Part shown: in pieces, positions 34,354-45,986 of the stretch
Layout of the letters: the number at the start of each line of letters is the position of its first letter
Numbering within the stretch: position 1 is the stretch's first letter
NCBI GenBank assembly: GCA_965603825.1
Contig: CBFDEM010000056.1
Location: 372,001-436,000, forward strand
Direction: 5' to 3'
DNA from: Blepharisma stoltei ATCC 30299
Taxonomy: Eukaryota > Protista > Ciliophora
DNA length: 64,000 bases
Program-made: the position numbers and the translations under genes
The notes under the pieces: model-generated
What the model was told of the DNA's origin: nothing
The model's database searches: none
What the model saw: the letters and a program-made list of their open reading frames with translations, nothing else

Positions 34354-35523
34354 TTATTTCTTACTTAAACCATTTATAACGCTTTCATATACTTCAAAGT
34401 TCCTTCTCAAAATTTCTTCCAATGGTCCTAATAGTCTCTTAAATGCATGCCTATCAAGGGTAACACATTTAATATCTGAAGTAGCTATAACATTAGCTGC
34501 TCTTGCGTCATCTTTTAACAGAGCGAGCTCCCCGAAATAGTCGCCAGCTTGATACCGCATAACTTCCTCAGGTGGCATTCCAGGATGTAGAGTTTTGGTA
34601 GCTACAGCTGTGCCTTCTTCTATCATATAGAATAAATCACCCCATTCTCCTTCTCTTATTATATATTCCCCTGAGGCATAGGTAGCGCTAGTCAATGCAT
34701 CTGCAATTTGGACTTTTTCATAAGTATCCATTGACTCCAATATTTTTACTCTTGATAACAGAATTTCAAAACGCTCTCTTCTTTTAACTGCTGCTTCTTT
34801 TACAATGTTTACAAAAGTGCTTCTGTCTAAAGCCCAAAGCTCACTGTCGACTACAGCTTTAATGGTTGCAGCTCTTGGGGCATTATAAAGCAATGCTAAT
34901 TCTCCAAACACACCCCCGGTTTCGTAGAATTTCAAAAATGTCTCATTTCCATTAATAACTTTGGTGCATTCAAGCTTGCCAGATTCAACAATATATAATA
35001 AATCTCCATCTTCTCCTTGCCTGATTACAAATTCCCCGTTTCGGACACTTTTGCTTTCCATTGCATCAATTACCACTTTTTTATCTTTTTCTTCTAAATG
35101 TGAAAAAATAAAGGAGACACTAAGCTTTGCCATGATTTTTGACTTCTGCTCATCAGTTTTGTTGATGACTCGAGGGACGAAATTTCCTTTTTTATTCCAA
35201 GCTCCATATGCCTCGGCAGAAACGGACGTTCTGTGTTGGAAAGATCGGTTTACAATAACAATTTCAGGAGCTTCATCTTCTGATTCTTCGTTTTCATCAG
35301 TGCTGACTTCTTCGTCAGATTTTTTGCCTTCTTGAACCTGAGCTAGGACAAGTTTTAATCTCTCAAGCTCTGCTCGCTCTGAATCTGAAAGAGAGATGCG
35401 TTTTAAGTAATTTAGCATATATTGATAAAGATCAGGTGGAATGTCTTGGAGAGCGTACTCCACAAAGACTTCCATTATAGGGTTGACTTTTTGAGTTAAA
35501 TATTCACGGTCTTCAGGCTTCAT
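34354..35523 (-). CDS. cAMP-dependent protein kinase regulatory subunit
   Basis: RTSVSAEAYG, two cNMP-binding domains (FGELALLYNAPRAAT, FGELALLKDDARAAN). Confidence 0.95.
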   Translation of the reverse strand: MKPEDREYLTQKVNPIMEVFVEYALQDIPPDLYQYMLNYLKRISLSDSERAELERLKLVLAQVQEGKKSDEEVSTDENEESEDEAPEIVIVNRSFQHRTSVSAEAYGAWNKKGNFVPRVINKTDEQKSKIMAKLSVSFIFSHLEEKDKKVVIDAMESKSVRNGEFVIRQGEDGDLLYIVESGKLECTKVINGNETFLKFYETGGVFGELALLYNAPRAATIKAVVDSELWALDRSTFVNIVKEAAVKRRERFEILLSRVKILESMDTYEKVQIADALTSATYASGEYIIREGEWGDLFYMIEEGTAVATKTLHPGMPPEEVMRYQAGDYFGELALLKDDARAANVIATSDIKCVTLDRHAFKRLLGPLEEILRRNFEVYESVINGLSKK

Positions 35524-35744
35524 ATTTATTGGTGAATTAGTTACAAATTTTTCTAAATTAAATGGATTGTTTGAATATTACAATGAAACTAAACAGTTTA
35601 TAGGATATTTAAGGCAAAAACAAATAAATTAATTGGATTTCTAGTATAAAGGATTAATGGTGAAAATCATGAAAATATCCTTCTAAAAGAATAAATATAT
35701 TATTTGAGTTAAAATAACTACAGAAAATAATAAATATACACTAC

Positions 35745-36194
35745 ATGGCAGATTTAATTTTCGTTCCAAAAATTGGTCTTATAAAGAATAATCACTCTTC
35801 AATATCAAGAACTAGGCTATGAGTTCCACCTGTTGTTACGAGGATTTCATCTGTTCCTAAGCTTCGCTTAAAAGAACCGTTCTCTAAATCAAGAAAGCCA
35901 TCACTTGCCAAGATTCCAATTATCTCTCATCATAGATCTACATCAACTTATGAAAAGCAGCCATCAAGAAGCAATTCTGTACTGAGAAGCAGTGTTATTT
36001 CAGAACGAAAAACATCTCAATCAAGGACTGTTCATAATAGCATATCATTTGTGAATTTAGAAGGATTCAAAAAGTTTATCAGAGCAAACTCTCAGTCGAG
36101 CTTAGTTCATGATATCACCACTTCAAGGAAAAGTCTTAAAACTATGAATAAAATCTTCAATAAGCTCGAAAATGTGCAGATGTATTTAAAATAA
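35745..36194 (+). CDS. Hypothetical basic S/K/R-rich protein (149 aa), absent from the ORF track
   Basis: ATG 35745 to TAA 36192-36194 with one TGA (35820). Confidence 0.55.
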
Positions 36195-36292
36195 TTGGAA
36201 CTATTGTATCAAATGATAATTATCAAGCAATTTCATTAAAATGAAGAAATTTTTGATTATTTAAACGATCTTTAAGTAATAAAGTTAGTTTA

Positions 36293-37045
36293 TTATTTAT
36301 GGAAACTAGCTAATTCTGCTTCTTTTTGTCTACGAATACTTGTCCAGCTTGAAAAATCCAGTGGATCGACTTTCCGTTGATTAGATTTATAGTTTGGATC
36401 AATCGCTTTTGGGTGCATTTCTTTAGTTATATTTGGAGAATAGTCATATATTGGCTGAGGTGTTGAAATTTGTTGATTTCTCATGCCAAAATCCATAGGA
36501 GGATTGTTATATGGGTTATAACTTTCATAAAATTGAGAATTTCTATCTTGGTAATATGACTGAATTTTTTCATTCATAGCTGCCTGATAACCGTAGATAG
36601 ATTGGGATTGTTGTCGTAGAGGGAGGCCTTGTGACTGAAAAGCATAAGAATCTGAATAAGACTGTCTCATAGGAAGATTTTGCGCTTGAGCAAGATAGGG
36701 ATCTGCATAAGATTGCCTTATAGGTGGATTTTGAATTTGATTAGCATATGGATCTGCGTAAGGCTGTGAAAATTGAGAACGCATTGGAGACATCGACCTT
36801 GGAATATTGTATTGAGCTGGAGGAGGTGGAGGTGGAAGGACTTTATTATAATTATCCATAGCAGGTGCTGGCCCCGCACTTCCAAATGGAAACCTCCCTG
36901 AAGGATAAGGATATTTTGCTTTATATCTCGATATAAAAATTTCATTAAACTTGCTCGAAATAGAGTTGAATTCTTCTCTTTCTTTTGCTTCAGTAAGCTC
37001 ATCAATTAAAAAATCTACTTGATCACTTGGAATTACAGAGTTCAT
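36293..37045 (-). CDS. Hypothetical P/Q/Y-rich protein with three 17-aa repeats
   Basis: ATG 37045; YADPYANQIQNPPIRQS / YADPYLAQAQNLPMRQS / YSDSYAFQSQGLPLRQQ. Confidence 0.7.
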   Translation of the reverse strand: MNSVIPSDQVDFLIDELTEAKEREEFNSISSKFNEIFISRYKAKYPYPSGRFPFGSAGPAPAMDNYNKVLPPPPPPAQYNIPRSMSPMRSQFSQPYADPYANQIQNPPIRQSYADPYLAQAQNLPMRQSYSDSYAFQSQGLPLRQQSQSIYGYQAAMNEKIQSYYQDRNSQFYESYNPYNNPPMDFGMRNQQISTPQPIYDYSPNITKEMHPKAIDPNYKSNQRKVDPLDFSSWTSIRRQKEAELASFHK

Positions 37046-37176
37046 AGACAAATTTAAAATAATTATTATGAAAATAAAGAGCAAAAATTTTAAAAAGATA
37101 TATTAGCATACATGAAATTGGCTACTTATAAATTATTTTGGAAAAGTATATATAAACATTGACATTTAAATTTGAT

Positions 37177-37566
37177 TTAATTGTCTTCAACTTGATGCTC
37201 ATGAACTTCTTGTATTTGAATCAAAATAGGCTCGCCAATCGATAGTGACACACCTTTATCTAGACTGTTGCGCTTTTTTCTTTCTAGAAGATAGTTGCCT
37301 AAAGGCGACGTCATTTCATCATTGATACTTTTTGCTGGAATTACAACTTTTTGAGGCTTATGCTTGCGCTTAATAAGCTGGAAAATTTCAAGTTCGATTG
37401 TCCCAAGCTCTGCGTCAGAGTTGTATCTGTTCAAAATTTGAACTAGACTAGGATCGCTTCCGTTAATCATTTGCTGAAAAATCTGCTGCTCTGTTGAGTC
37501 TATGCTTTTTGCTGCTTGAAAACTGGCTAAGATTGAGTTTGCTAGAAGGCTTGTTGATGAATCCAT
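37177..37566 (-). CDS. Hypothetical protein (129 aa)
   Basis: ATG-TAA ORF. Confidence 0.65.
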   Translation of the reverse strand: MDSSTSLLANSILASFQAAKSIDSTEQQIFQQMINGSDPSLVQILNRYNSDAELGTIELEIFQLIKRKHKPQKVVIPAKSINDEMTSPLGNYLLERKKRNSLDKGVSLSIGEPILIQIQEVHEHQVEDN

Positions 37567-37657
37567 TTCTATTATAAATTAGAGAGAAATTAGATTATAA
37601 TAATAGGAGATAAGCTAATTAAGCAATGAAATACGAATTTTATTTTTAAATTCAAAA

Positions 37658-38209
37658 TTAGAGAAGTCTTAGCTTTCCTGTGACTGCATCAATTTTAGAT
37701 ACAGACTCTGGTCCTATTGCACACACAGTGGTTGTGCCGGGCTCAACTTGAGTTCTGCCAGCATCTTTGATGATGGCTGTGTTAATCCCAGCAGCCTTGG
37801 CTTTTTCTGAGTATTCTAATAGTTCTTCTAAGCTGTCTACCTTTAAGACGATTTTAGCATCGCCTGAGTGGTCCCAACGTTCTATTAATCGCGGTTCTGC
37901 AGTTCTATATGCATGAACGCATGCATGGGCTACTTGTGCTGCAATTTTTCCTATCCCCATCCCTAGATCGGTTCTTACTAAAGCAACCATCTTGTATCTT
38001 TCTTCGTTAAAAATATTACTGAAAAGGTTGTTTTCTTTTGGTTGAATTTTATTATCTGTCAATTGGGCTGGTTCTTCTATGCATCCTGAACTTAAAAGCT
38101 CTAAAGCTGTTTCCGCGTTGTTTTCACTAATTTGAAGAGCTTGTAAAACTTGTGCTTGAGAGTATCCTAAGCTTATGAGTGTGGCAACAACTTCAGGATT
38201 GGGTTCCAT
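37658..38209 (-). CDS. PTH2: Peptidyl-tRNA hydrolase 2 with N-terminal UBA domain
   Basis: KMVALVRTDLGMGIGKIAAQVAHA, KIVLKV, DAGRTQV, GP..IDAVTGKLRLL; UBA LISLGYS..ALQ..NNAETALELL. Confidence 0.9.
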   Translation of the reverse strand: MEPNPEVVATLISLGYSQAQVLQALQISENNAETALELLSSGCIEEPAQLTDNKIQPKENNLFSNIFNEERYKMVALVRTDLGMGIGKIAAQVAHACVHAYRTAEPRLIERWDHSGDAKIVLKVDSLEELLEYSEKAKAAGINTAIIKDAGRTQVEPGTTTVCAIGPESVSKIDAVTGKLRLL

Positions 38210-38474
38210 ACTTTTGATTTAATGTGCAGATTATTTTTTCAGAAATTTGGATTATATTAACAAAAAAGATATGTGGCATAATAAGAATTTTCCATTAATT
38301 ATTATTCAAGCTTTCTTTCGTGAAAGCAAAAATTTATCAAAAAGACAGATTTTACCTATTAGACCCATAGAATTAAAATTAACTAAGATTGCTTTTCAGA
38401 TATTATATAGGTTTCTTGCAAATAAAAAAATTGCAAAATTTAGAAAAATATCATTATTTGAATTTATTAATAAA

Positions 38475-39332
38475 ATGGCTGATCTAATTCATGCAATTGC
38501 AGGCTCTCTTGCTTCAGTAATTACTTCATTTATGGTACAGCCATTAGATGTAATTAAGACCGGGATTCTTACTCAAACCAAGCAAATTTCTATTCAAGAA
38601 GCTATTAAATTTGTTAACACTACTTATGGACCGAAAGGATTTTGGAGAGGTGTGCGACCTGCAGTTTATCGAGCATCCATTTCTGGAGGAATTAACTTTA
38701 CACTGCTGGAAATGTTCAATAAAATTCTTAAGCCGCACCAGTCTATTAAAGGGAGATTTTTACATGATAGCGAATCGGCAGTATTAGCAAGGTTAGTGGT
38801 TATCATAACTTTATCACCATTGAGTATAATAAAACTACGTATGGAAGCTCCTCAGTTTAATCAATATACATCTGTTAGTGATGCTTTTGCAAAAATATAT
38901 AAGGAAGAAGGAACTCGAGGTTTCTATAAAGGATTTTCCTCAAGTTTACTAAGAGATTTACCATATTCTGCTCTAGCTTATGCTTTTTATGAGCAATACT
39001 CAGCAATGATATTTTATCTAACTGGAATGGGTAAAAAATACTCATTTAATACTTTTACATCTGGAGTTTTGGCCGGATTTACTGCTTGTTTATTGACACA
39101 GCCATTCGATATAATGAAGACAAGATTGCAATTTGCCTATGTCGGAGGACATAAAGTAAACGGACTCTATAATGGACTTATCGAAATATGAAAAGAAGAA
39201 GGCTTAAGAGGATTTACTCGAGGATTAGGAGTAAGAGTGATAGAAAGATCATGCTCTTTTGGGATTATTTGGCTGATCTATGAAAAGTTAAAGCTTGGAC
39301 TGAAAAAACAGAGACATAAATCTATAAAATAA
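38475..39332 (+). CDS. Mitochondrial carrier (SLC25A38/Hem25-like)
   Basis: PLDVIK, PLSIIKLRME, LLRDLPYS, TQPFDIMKTRLQ, I-W(TGA)-KEEGLRG; ATG 38475. Confidence 0.85.
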
Positions 39333-39480
39333 TGCGTATTGATTAAGTCAGCGAGTCTTCACACTTGAATATGAGCAGAAATCAAAGATTTCATTCGATA
39401 TCTATAACATAGAAATTAACTAATTTTAGAAATCTCAATATTCATAATTAAAATGTCTTTTTGCAATTAATACAAATACA

Positions 39481-39882
39481 ATGGAATGAAGTTCCAACAT
39501 ACTAGTGTTTATTTTACTTAGCTTTTTGATATTTTATTTAAAGCGTTTCCCCAAAATCTTATCATCAAAGCTGTCAGGAAATTCTTTCACTCTCATTCAG
39601 CTCAGCAAATTTGATGGAAGAGAAAATCTTATCTATATTGGATGTAATGATAAGGTATTTAATGTGACGAACCTCCCTAAATTTTCACCTGGCGGCAAAT
39701 ATGAATTTTTAGTTGGGAGAGATGCAACAATGCTTTTTGCAAAAGAAGAAATTGATGGGAAATATATTAATGCAAAACATGAAAAATTGAGTGAAGAAGA
39801 GGAAGGAAGATTACAAAACTGGGAAAAATATTTTATGATGCTAAAGAGATGTGAAGTGGTTGGAAAGCTTGCTTTGGATTAA
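39481..39882 (+). CDS. MAPR/PGRMC-like cytochrome b5-like heme/steroid-binding protein
   Basis: N-terminal TM, FTLIQLSKFDG, IYIG..VFNVT, PGGKY..LVGRDAT, LQNW..VVGKL; ATG GAA TGA start. Confidence 0.8.
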
Positions 39883-40045
39883 TAAATAAGAGAATAAAGC
39901 TATTATATATAGTAGTGAGCTGAAAGTATAAAAGCAAAATAAATATTTCAACGATAATCAAAGATCTAATGAGGTTTGGAAACCAATATTATATATGAAA
40001 TATAAATCCGAGAAACATGATCTTATGATATTTCCCGCATCGTCT

Positions 40046-42180
40046 CTATTCTAAATGAGCATGGCTGCCCTCCGCACCATTTTTCTCCTGCTTTTTACAC
40101 CCATTTGTCTCCGCTGTCCCATTCTCATTATTCTCCATTTCTCCTCTGATGCATGTTTCTATTTCCCCACATTCCATCTTAAGCTTATTCATCTGCTTCA
40201 ACTCCAAGATTTCAGGGCTTCTTTTGATTGGCGTTATCACGTCTTCATCTGAGCTCTTATCAAAATATTCTTCATCTTCTTTTGCGGAGACTTCTCTTGA
40301 ATTTCAATTTTTATATGAACTATGCTTAGATCTTACTATTCAGTTTCAGCTTCCTTCTGTTGTGCGTGTATATTCACAATTTGTTCTAAATAGCGAGAAA
40401 GGTCAGTGTCTTTTAGCAGAGGCACATATCTTTGCACGATGTGCTCTATAATAACTTTATTTTTCGCAGCTTTAATTTCTTCAAAAATTGCCAAAATTGA
40501 GGAAAAAATCATGTTTTCTTTCGGGCCGTTGTGGATAAATTCTTCGAAAATTAGTTGAAAATATGAGTGAGATACAACATATCGAGTCAAATATGGGTCG
40601 TTTCTCTTGATAACTTCTCTGAAAAGTTTTAAAACGGCAAGAGAAATGGGCTTATCATGAAGTTGCAAAAGATCTAAAGCTTTTTGCAAAATTTCATTCA
40701 TTGTGAGATAAGTTCGGATTCTTTCTTGATGCTTTTCGACACAATGGGTAAAAATTCCTAAAATTTCACATATACACATACGGATTTCTTCACGGTCTAG
40801 ATTAGGGCTGCACATTTTCCCAGCAAATCTATTGAGAAGCTCATTGTAAAATATTTCGCATATGTCTAAAAATATTTTATCTTCTATTGTTGGTTCCAGC
40901 AATGCCTTAATAAATTTCGATACCTCTTGTTGAACTCCTATATTTTTCGAATTCAAAAATCCTGAACAAATCGCTTTTAAAATTTCAAATTCTCTTTCTT
41001 TTTGCTCTCCAGAAATCAAATAACTTTTCACGATATTTGGTGCAACTTCCAGCATATTTGTATACATTTCGCCTATTAACTCTAATATTTTTTCTTTTAG
41101 CTCATCGTTATTTTTTGCTTCTTTTTGGGCGTTGTAAAGTAGCAGCATAATTCCATCCTTATGGATTTCTTCATAAAAGTCTATTTTCATTTTCATCTGC
41201 TGGGTGCATGTTTTGGCTATGCTGCTTAGTTCGCAAAAGAAATTAATAGCTCCTTCGTTTAGGGCTTGAATTTTATCAAACAATGATTTTCTGATATCCT
41301 GAGATTCAAGGTACCCAGCTACTAATTCTCGCCAGGAATATAGCTGATAGCATAATAGAGATTGAAATGAGGACTCATCTAGGCATCTTGACAAAGCCGT
41401 ATCTTTTAAAAATTGTAGCCTGTACGCATGATGAATTTTTGCTAAAAACTCTTTATCTTCGATTTCTAGCACATTTTGGTATTTTACCTGATTTTCTAAA
41501 ATTTCTCTTAACTTAAAGCTTTTTCCTAATATTGAGGGGTCATGCTCTAAAGCCCCAAAAAAATCCAAATAATATTCATCACTTAGCATGATGTCTAAAA
41601 TCTCACGAGAGTTCAATTGTACTAAATAGATCTTACCTAATGCTTTGTAGCAAAAAAATATTTCATAGAGCTTTTCTTCATTATTTTCTTCTTCTAAAAA
41701 CTTATAAACTTTTTGAAGTTTCTCTAAAAAATCCGAAAACAAAACCGCTTTTGAAATTTTATCTTTATTTACTGAATTTTCTAATATTTCTCTAATGCTG
41801 TCCAGGTTATCAATTTTGGGTACTGGCAAAGTGACAATATCTTCATCATTATCATCTTCAAATTTTATGTCCTTGGGATCTCTACTTTGAATTTTGCAGA
41901 TGGCTTCTATCACCTTCTGAGCTCCTGCAGGATCTTGGAAACTCAAAGCGAAATTATGGTTTTCATTATCCATTCAGGTTATGATGGTATTTCCCTGCCT
42001 TTTATAAACTTCGTCGCCAATTTCAAAACTCATGAGATTGATATCAGGGTCTCCTTCACTTTCAACAGATAAAAGTCTTCCTAATATATTGATCCTGCCT
42101 GTTCCACTGTCATTTCATTCTCCATTGCCTCCAAGAGTATATAGCTTGACTCGCCAGAACTTATCATTATCACTTGTCAT
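40046..42180 (-). CDS. PPP4R3: PP4 regulatory subunit 3 (SMEK/Psy2)
   Basis: RVKLYTL...W(TGA)NDSGTG, YKRQGNTIIT-W(TGA), ALSFQDPAG, ALEHDP, KIHHAYRLQFLKD, NMIFSSIL, EDEEYFD; introns 41622-41636 and 40320-40336. Confidence 0.9.
40320..40336 (-). other. Candidate 17-nt intron
   Basis: GTAAGATCTAAGCATAG; removal joins the PP4R3 body to the EDEEYFD tail. Confidence 0.6.
41622..41636 (-). other. 15-nt intron, in frame and stop-free
   Basis: GTAAGATCTATTTAG, A10. Confidence 0.65.
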
Positions 42181-42264
42181 TTTTTCAATTTTCTATTCAC
42201 TTAAGATCAAAGCAAAATAATGAGAATTTTGGTAAGATTCTTAAAATTATTGAGATTAAATAGT

Positions 42265-43686
42265 TTATTTAGTCCTGGCACCTAGTCTGAAAAATACTGC
42301 AAAGCAGGCAATCTTAAAAATGAAGCAGATAAACGTTAGAGCTTCACCCCAAAACCTAATTTCCCCTTCTTTTTCTATGAAATTTTCACTTTGAGACCAA
42401 GCCTAAATATGAATTACTTTTGAGAAAAACAAAAACCATAGCAAATCATAAACCGCAGCAAAAAGTATTGCAAACGACAATTTCATATAACTCAAATCAG
42501 TATCATTTTTTGTAACATGATATACAAAACACCCAAGAGCGACAGAGACCTAAATAAACCTCACATTAATGAAGTCGGGTCTGTATCCCATTAGCATTAC
42601 TGAGAGCAAAAGATATATTAAGGTCACTATATAACTACTCCAATGCCAATCAAGATCTTTCCCTAATATGCCATGCACTACATTTTCAATCTTTTTTGAT
42701 ACTGCTTTTTCAACTCCAGCTGTTTTAGATCCGACTAATTCTGCATCTATAAGAAGCCCGCCAAAAGGCTGATGGAGTTTGTCTAGCTGGTCTTCTAAAT
42801 GCGCAAGTTCAGCTTTATCAAGTTGTACATTTTCGTTCCATTGAGTCAAAATTGCTTCGTAATATTTCACTTTGCTATAGACCCATAGTAAGCCTAAATG
42901 CACTTTTCCAATGGGTGTGCCTTTAGGGTCTTTGATATCAACATAAACGTCATGCTTCATCTGATCTCTTAATAAATTCAGTGAATATGTGGACTCTCCT
43001 ATTAATTTGTGGTTTCCAAAATTTGAATGGTTTTTGACTGATATATAAAGATCATCGCTCCCTTCTAAAATTTGAAAAGTAAAGACTTCGTTAAAGGTAG
43101 GAGTTAGGGTTTTTGATGCAAACTTTGTTTCAATTATTTGCTGCTCGCAGCTAAGCTCGATGAAAGGGTCGAGGACTTGTTGGGATTTAATAGTGGCTTC
43201 AATTACGTAGACTGTAAGAACGCTTCCTTCCATGATTCCATTTTTGCCAAGCTTTTCAGTTGCTTTGGCTGTGATTAGTTTTCTATTGTAATCGTCAACT
43301 TGCTTGATATTGTCAGCAATTTGTCTTTTTAGCTCAGTTGTGCGGCGTTTAATGTTGTTTTCAGTCTCAACGTATGATCATATGAATTCTTCGATGGTGA
43401 CAACTGCATCTTGGTCTTTATCCATCTTAGAAAAGAGTCCCATGCAGATTTCCCTATCATATTCTCCTCCACTTTTTTTCTTGAGGAAATTATAAACTTC
43501 ATCAAAGGTTAATTCTTGATCTTTATTAGTATCCACTTCTGCAAACTCTGCTAAAAGTTGGTCATGCCTATCTTGGAGCACAGCATTTATGGGGGATACA
43601 CCTACTGAAGGACGAATGGAGGCTGCACTTTGTGATAATTTTGGACTAATGCCAGAAAGGCTTGGTGACATTGGAACGTTCAGCAT
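42265..43686 (-). CDS. EF-hand + coiled coil + C2 domain + multi-TM protein
   Basis: DTNKDQELTFDE and DKDQDAVVTIEE EF hands; LTVYVIEA..DPF..PTFNEVFTF C2; TGA 43378; two 15-nt introns; C-terminal TMs; TAA 42265. Confidence 0.85.
42403..42417 (-). other. 15-nt spliceosomal intron
   Basis: GTAATTCATATTTAG, A10, in-frame TAG. Confidence 0.85.
42550..42564 (-). other. 15-nt spliceosomal intron
   Basis: GTGAGGTTTATTTAG, A10, in-frame TAG. Confidence 0.85.
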
Positions 43687-44019
43687 GGCAATTCCAATAG
43701 ATTATGGATAATAAAATAAAGAAAATATTTTAATTTTTTGAGAATTTTTCAAATTTGATAATAGCTATTTATTATGATAATACTCAAAATTGCTTTGCAG
43801 TTAGTCCACAGCGCTATTTTATTTGTAATTTCTTTTTCAACTTCCCCGCTCTTATCATTTGCTTCAAAAACTGTTCAATTATTTACTTTAAAAAGAAATA
43901 AGGCAATAAAATTTCATAGATCATAGTGAATCTTATTCATTTATATCTATACCGATTTTATTAATTTAGTATAAAATTTCTGAATTTTATAATAAATCCA
44001 AAATCATTATCATTTGCCT

Positions 44020-44640
44020 TTATTTATTTTTCTTACTCATTAAATTTTGTATTATGATATCAAAAGCAGTTTTATTTTCAGCCCCTCTAGGAATAATGAT
44101 ATCAGCAAACTTCATCATAGGAAAAATAAAATCATCGAACGCTGGCTTTACAAATTTTCTATACTGATTAATAACAGACTTAATATCTCTCCCTCTCATC
44201 TCAGTGTCTCTCAAAATTCTTCTCGCTAAACACTCATCAGAGTCAGTATGAACAAAAATTTTCAGATTCATCATTTCCCTTATCTTTGTATCATACAATG
44301 CCATAATCCCTTCCAAAATAATAAACTGGGCTGGCTTTGCAAGTATAAACGAATTAGATCTGCAATAATGAGCATAATCATATATTGGAACATTTACCTC
44401 TTCTCCATTCATGAGATTCCAAATAGTATGATGCATTTCCACAAAATCGAAAGCATCAGGGTGGTCAAAATTGTACTCAGATACTTTTTGCAGCTGCAAA
44501 GGAGTTAAGTCTTTATAAAAATAGTCTGAGTTTATTAGTGTACAGTCAAGGGCCAAGGCTTCTTGAATTCTATTGCTCAATGATGTTTTCCCACTTGCGG
44601 AGCCTCCAGTAATCCCGATCAAGTATGGGCGAAACATCAT
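44020..44640 (-). CDS. Uridine-cytidine kinase
   Basis: IGITGGSASGKT, YNFDHPDAFD, IILEGI, RRILRD..RGRD, ADIIIPRG. Confidence 0.95.
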   Translation of the reverse strand: MMFRPYLIGITGGSASGKTSLSNRIQEALALDCTLINSDYFYKDLTPLQLQKVSEYNFDHPDAFDFVEMHHTIWNLMNGEEVNVPIYDYAHYCRSNSFILAKPAQFIILEGIMALYDTKIREMMNLKIFVHTDSDECLARRILRDTEMRGRDIKSVINQYRKFVKPAFDDFIFPMMKFADIIIPRGAENKTAFDIIIQNLMSKKNK

Positions 44641-44674
44641 TTATATTACCGCAAAAGATTTCCATTAATATATA

Positions 44675-45103
44675 ATGAATTCAGTTGCAGAAGGATTTTC
44701 TATCAACTGGATCAAAATGAAGGACTATGAGACAGGAACTATCCTGTGGGAGCAGCAAAATTCTTGGGATCTGAATTCACTAGTAGAGGCCCATGTCCCC
44801 AAATCGATTTTGCAATGCCGAGCTGTGTCAAGAGAAATCAACTTTTCATCAAAACAGGCAATTCAGAAGTTCAGGCTGGTTCAAAAGGTAAAGCTTGCTG
44901 GTGAATTATTGGAAGAATGGAGTTTTGAATTTGGGTTTGTCATTCCTGGAAGTGAAAATAATTGGGAGCAAGTTATTGATGCAGCTCCTCCAGAAGAGAT
45001 GCTACCAGCTGAAGTCTTATCTGGGAACGTTATTATTGAAACTTGCTTTTATGATGAGAACGAACTGATACATAGATCGTATGTTAAGGTTTTTTATGAT
45101 TAA
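44675..45103 (+). CDS. PDE6D: Prenyl-binding protein PDE-delta
   Basis: GFSINW..D.ETG.ILW, VPKSILQCRAVSREINFSS, EEWSFEFGFVIPGS, LSGNVIIET. Confidence 0.93.
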   Translation: MNSVAEGFSINWIKMKDYETGTILWEQQNSWDLNSLVEAHVPKSILQCRAVSREINFSSKQAIQKFRLVQKVKLAGELLEEWSFEFGFVIPGSENNWEQVIDAAPPEEMLPAEVLSGNVIIETCFYDENELIHRSYVKVFYD

Positions 45104-45472
45104 ACTAAAATTAGGTTATATAATCTGGAAATATGTAGGTGGTGATGATATGGAGAATTAGTGAGGGAATAAGAAAATATACAGAATTAATCAATTTTAA
45201 TAGTTGAATCCAAATTCTCGATGTTTTAGTTTGATAAGTGAAAATGAAACTACTTTTTAATGTCCAATCTGCTTTTTTGTGCTAAATTTATTCATTTTAG
45301 CTTATAAATATGATTTTCTTATTCTATATATTAGAAATCGTAATAAAGAATAATTTTAAATACTGCTTTATATTTAAAATTCAAATTAATGGAAAATTAT
45401 GCAAAATTCTTTCAATAGTTATTTTTACATTTAAGATTTGTGCCACGCTTTGAGCGAAAAACAATAATTAAT

Positions 45473-45961
45473 CTATATTATATTGCATTTACATTCGCAT
45501 CCCGTTTCATCAGTCTCAATTGTCTTCTCAAACTGTTTAAGCTGCAACAAAAATCCTATGTTTGGGTTAACAACGAAGCGTTTTTTCTTGACTTTTTGAA
45601 TTGCTTTATGCAGCTTCATTTTGCGGTGTTTCATCAAATATGCAATTATAATCGTTGGACTTCTTGAGATTCCCATGACGCAGTGTACGAAAACCCTTCC
45701 TTTATTTTTTAGAGCGGTATCAATAAAATTACTTGTTTCAGGGAAATGTGTCGCAATGTCTGCGTCGATTACATCTTCTATGTTTATTTGGCAATAGCTG
45801 AAATTTGCTGGAAAATATTTTTCAAGGCCATTTCCACAAACCACTACATGGGTGATTTTATGTTTGGCAAGCAGATTTAAATTCGAAGCTGCTTTTAAAT
45901 TTCCTAGAAAGAGTCCTTTATCAATTTCATCGATTTCTTCAACTGCACATTCTGAAATCAT
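45473..45961 (-). CDS. Atypical dual-specificity phosphatase with C-terminal CaaX-like CNII
   Basis: LFLGN, IED, VHCVMGISRS, AYLM, NPNIGFLLQL. Confidence 0.92.
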   Translation of the reverse strand: MISECAVEEIDEIDKGLFLGNLKAASNLNLLAKHKITHVVVCGNGLEKYFPANFSYCQINIEDVIDADIATHFPETSNFIDTALKNKGRVFVHCVMGISRSPTIIIAYLMKHRKMKLHKAIQKVKKKRFVVNPNIGFLLQLKQFEKTIETDETGCECKCNII

Positions 45962-45986
45962 TGAGTTGGCAATTGCTTATAATAAT

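Noticed and set aside
38247-38474. Track N-terminal extensions from TTG/GTG starts (also 37084, 45852, 59295, 26831, 33504)
   Set aside because: Eukaryotic genes; homology begins at downstream ATGs and the extensions are AT-rich intergenic or antisense sequence
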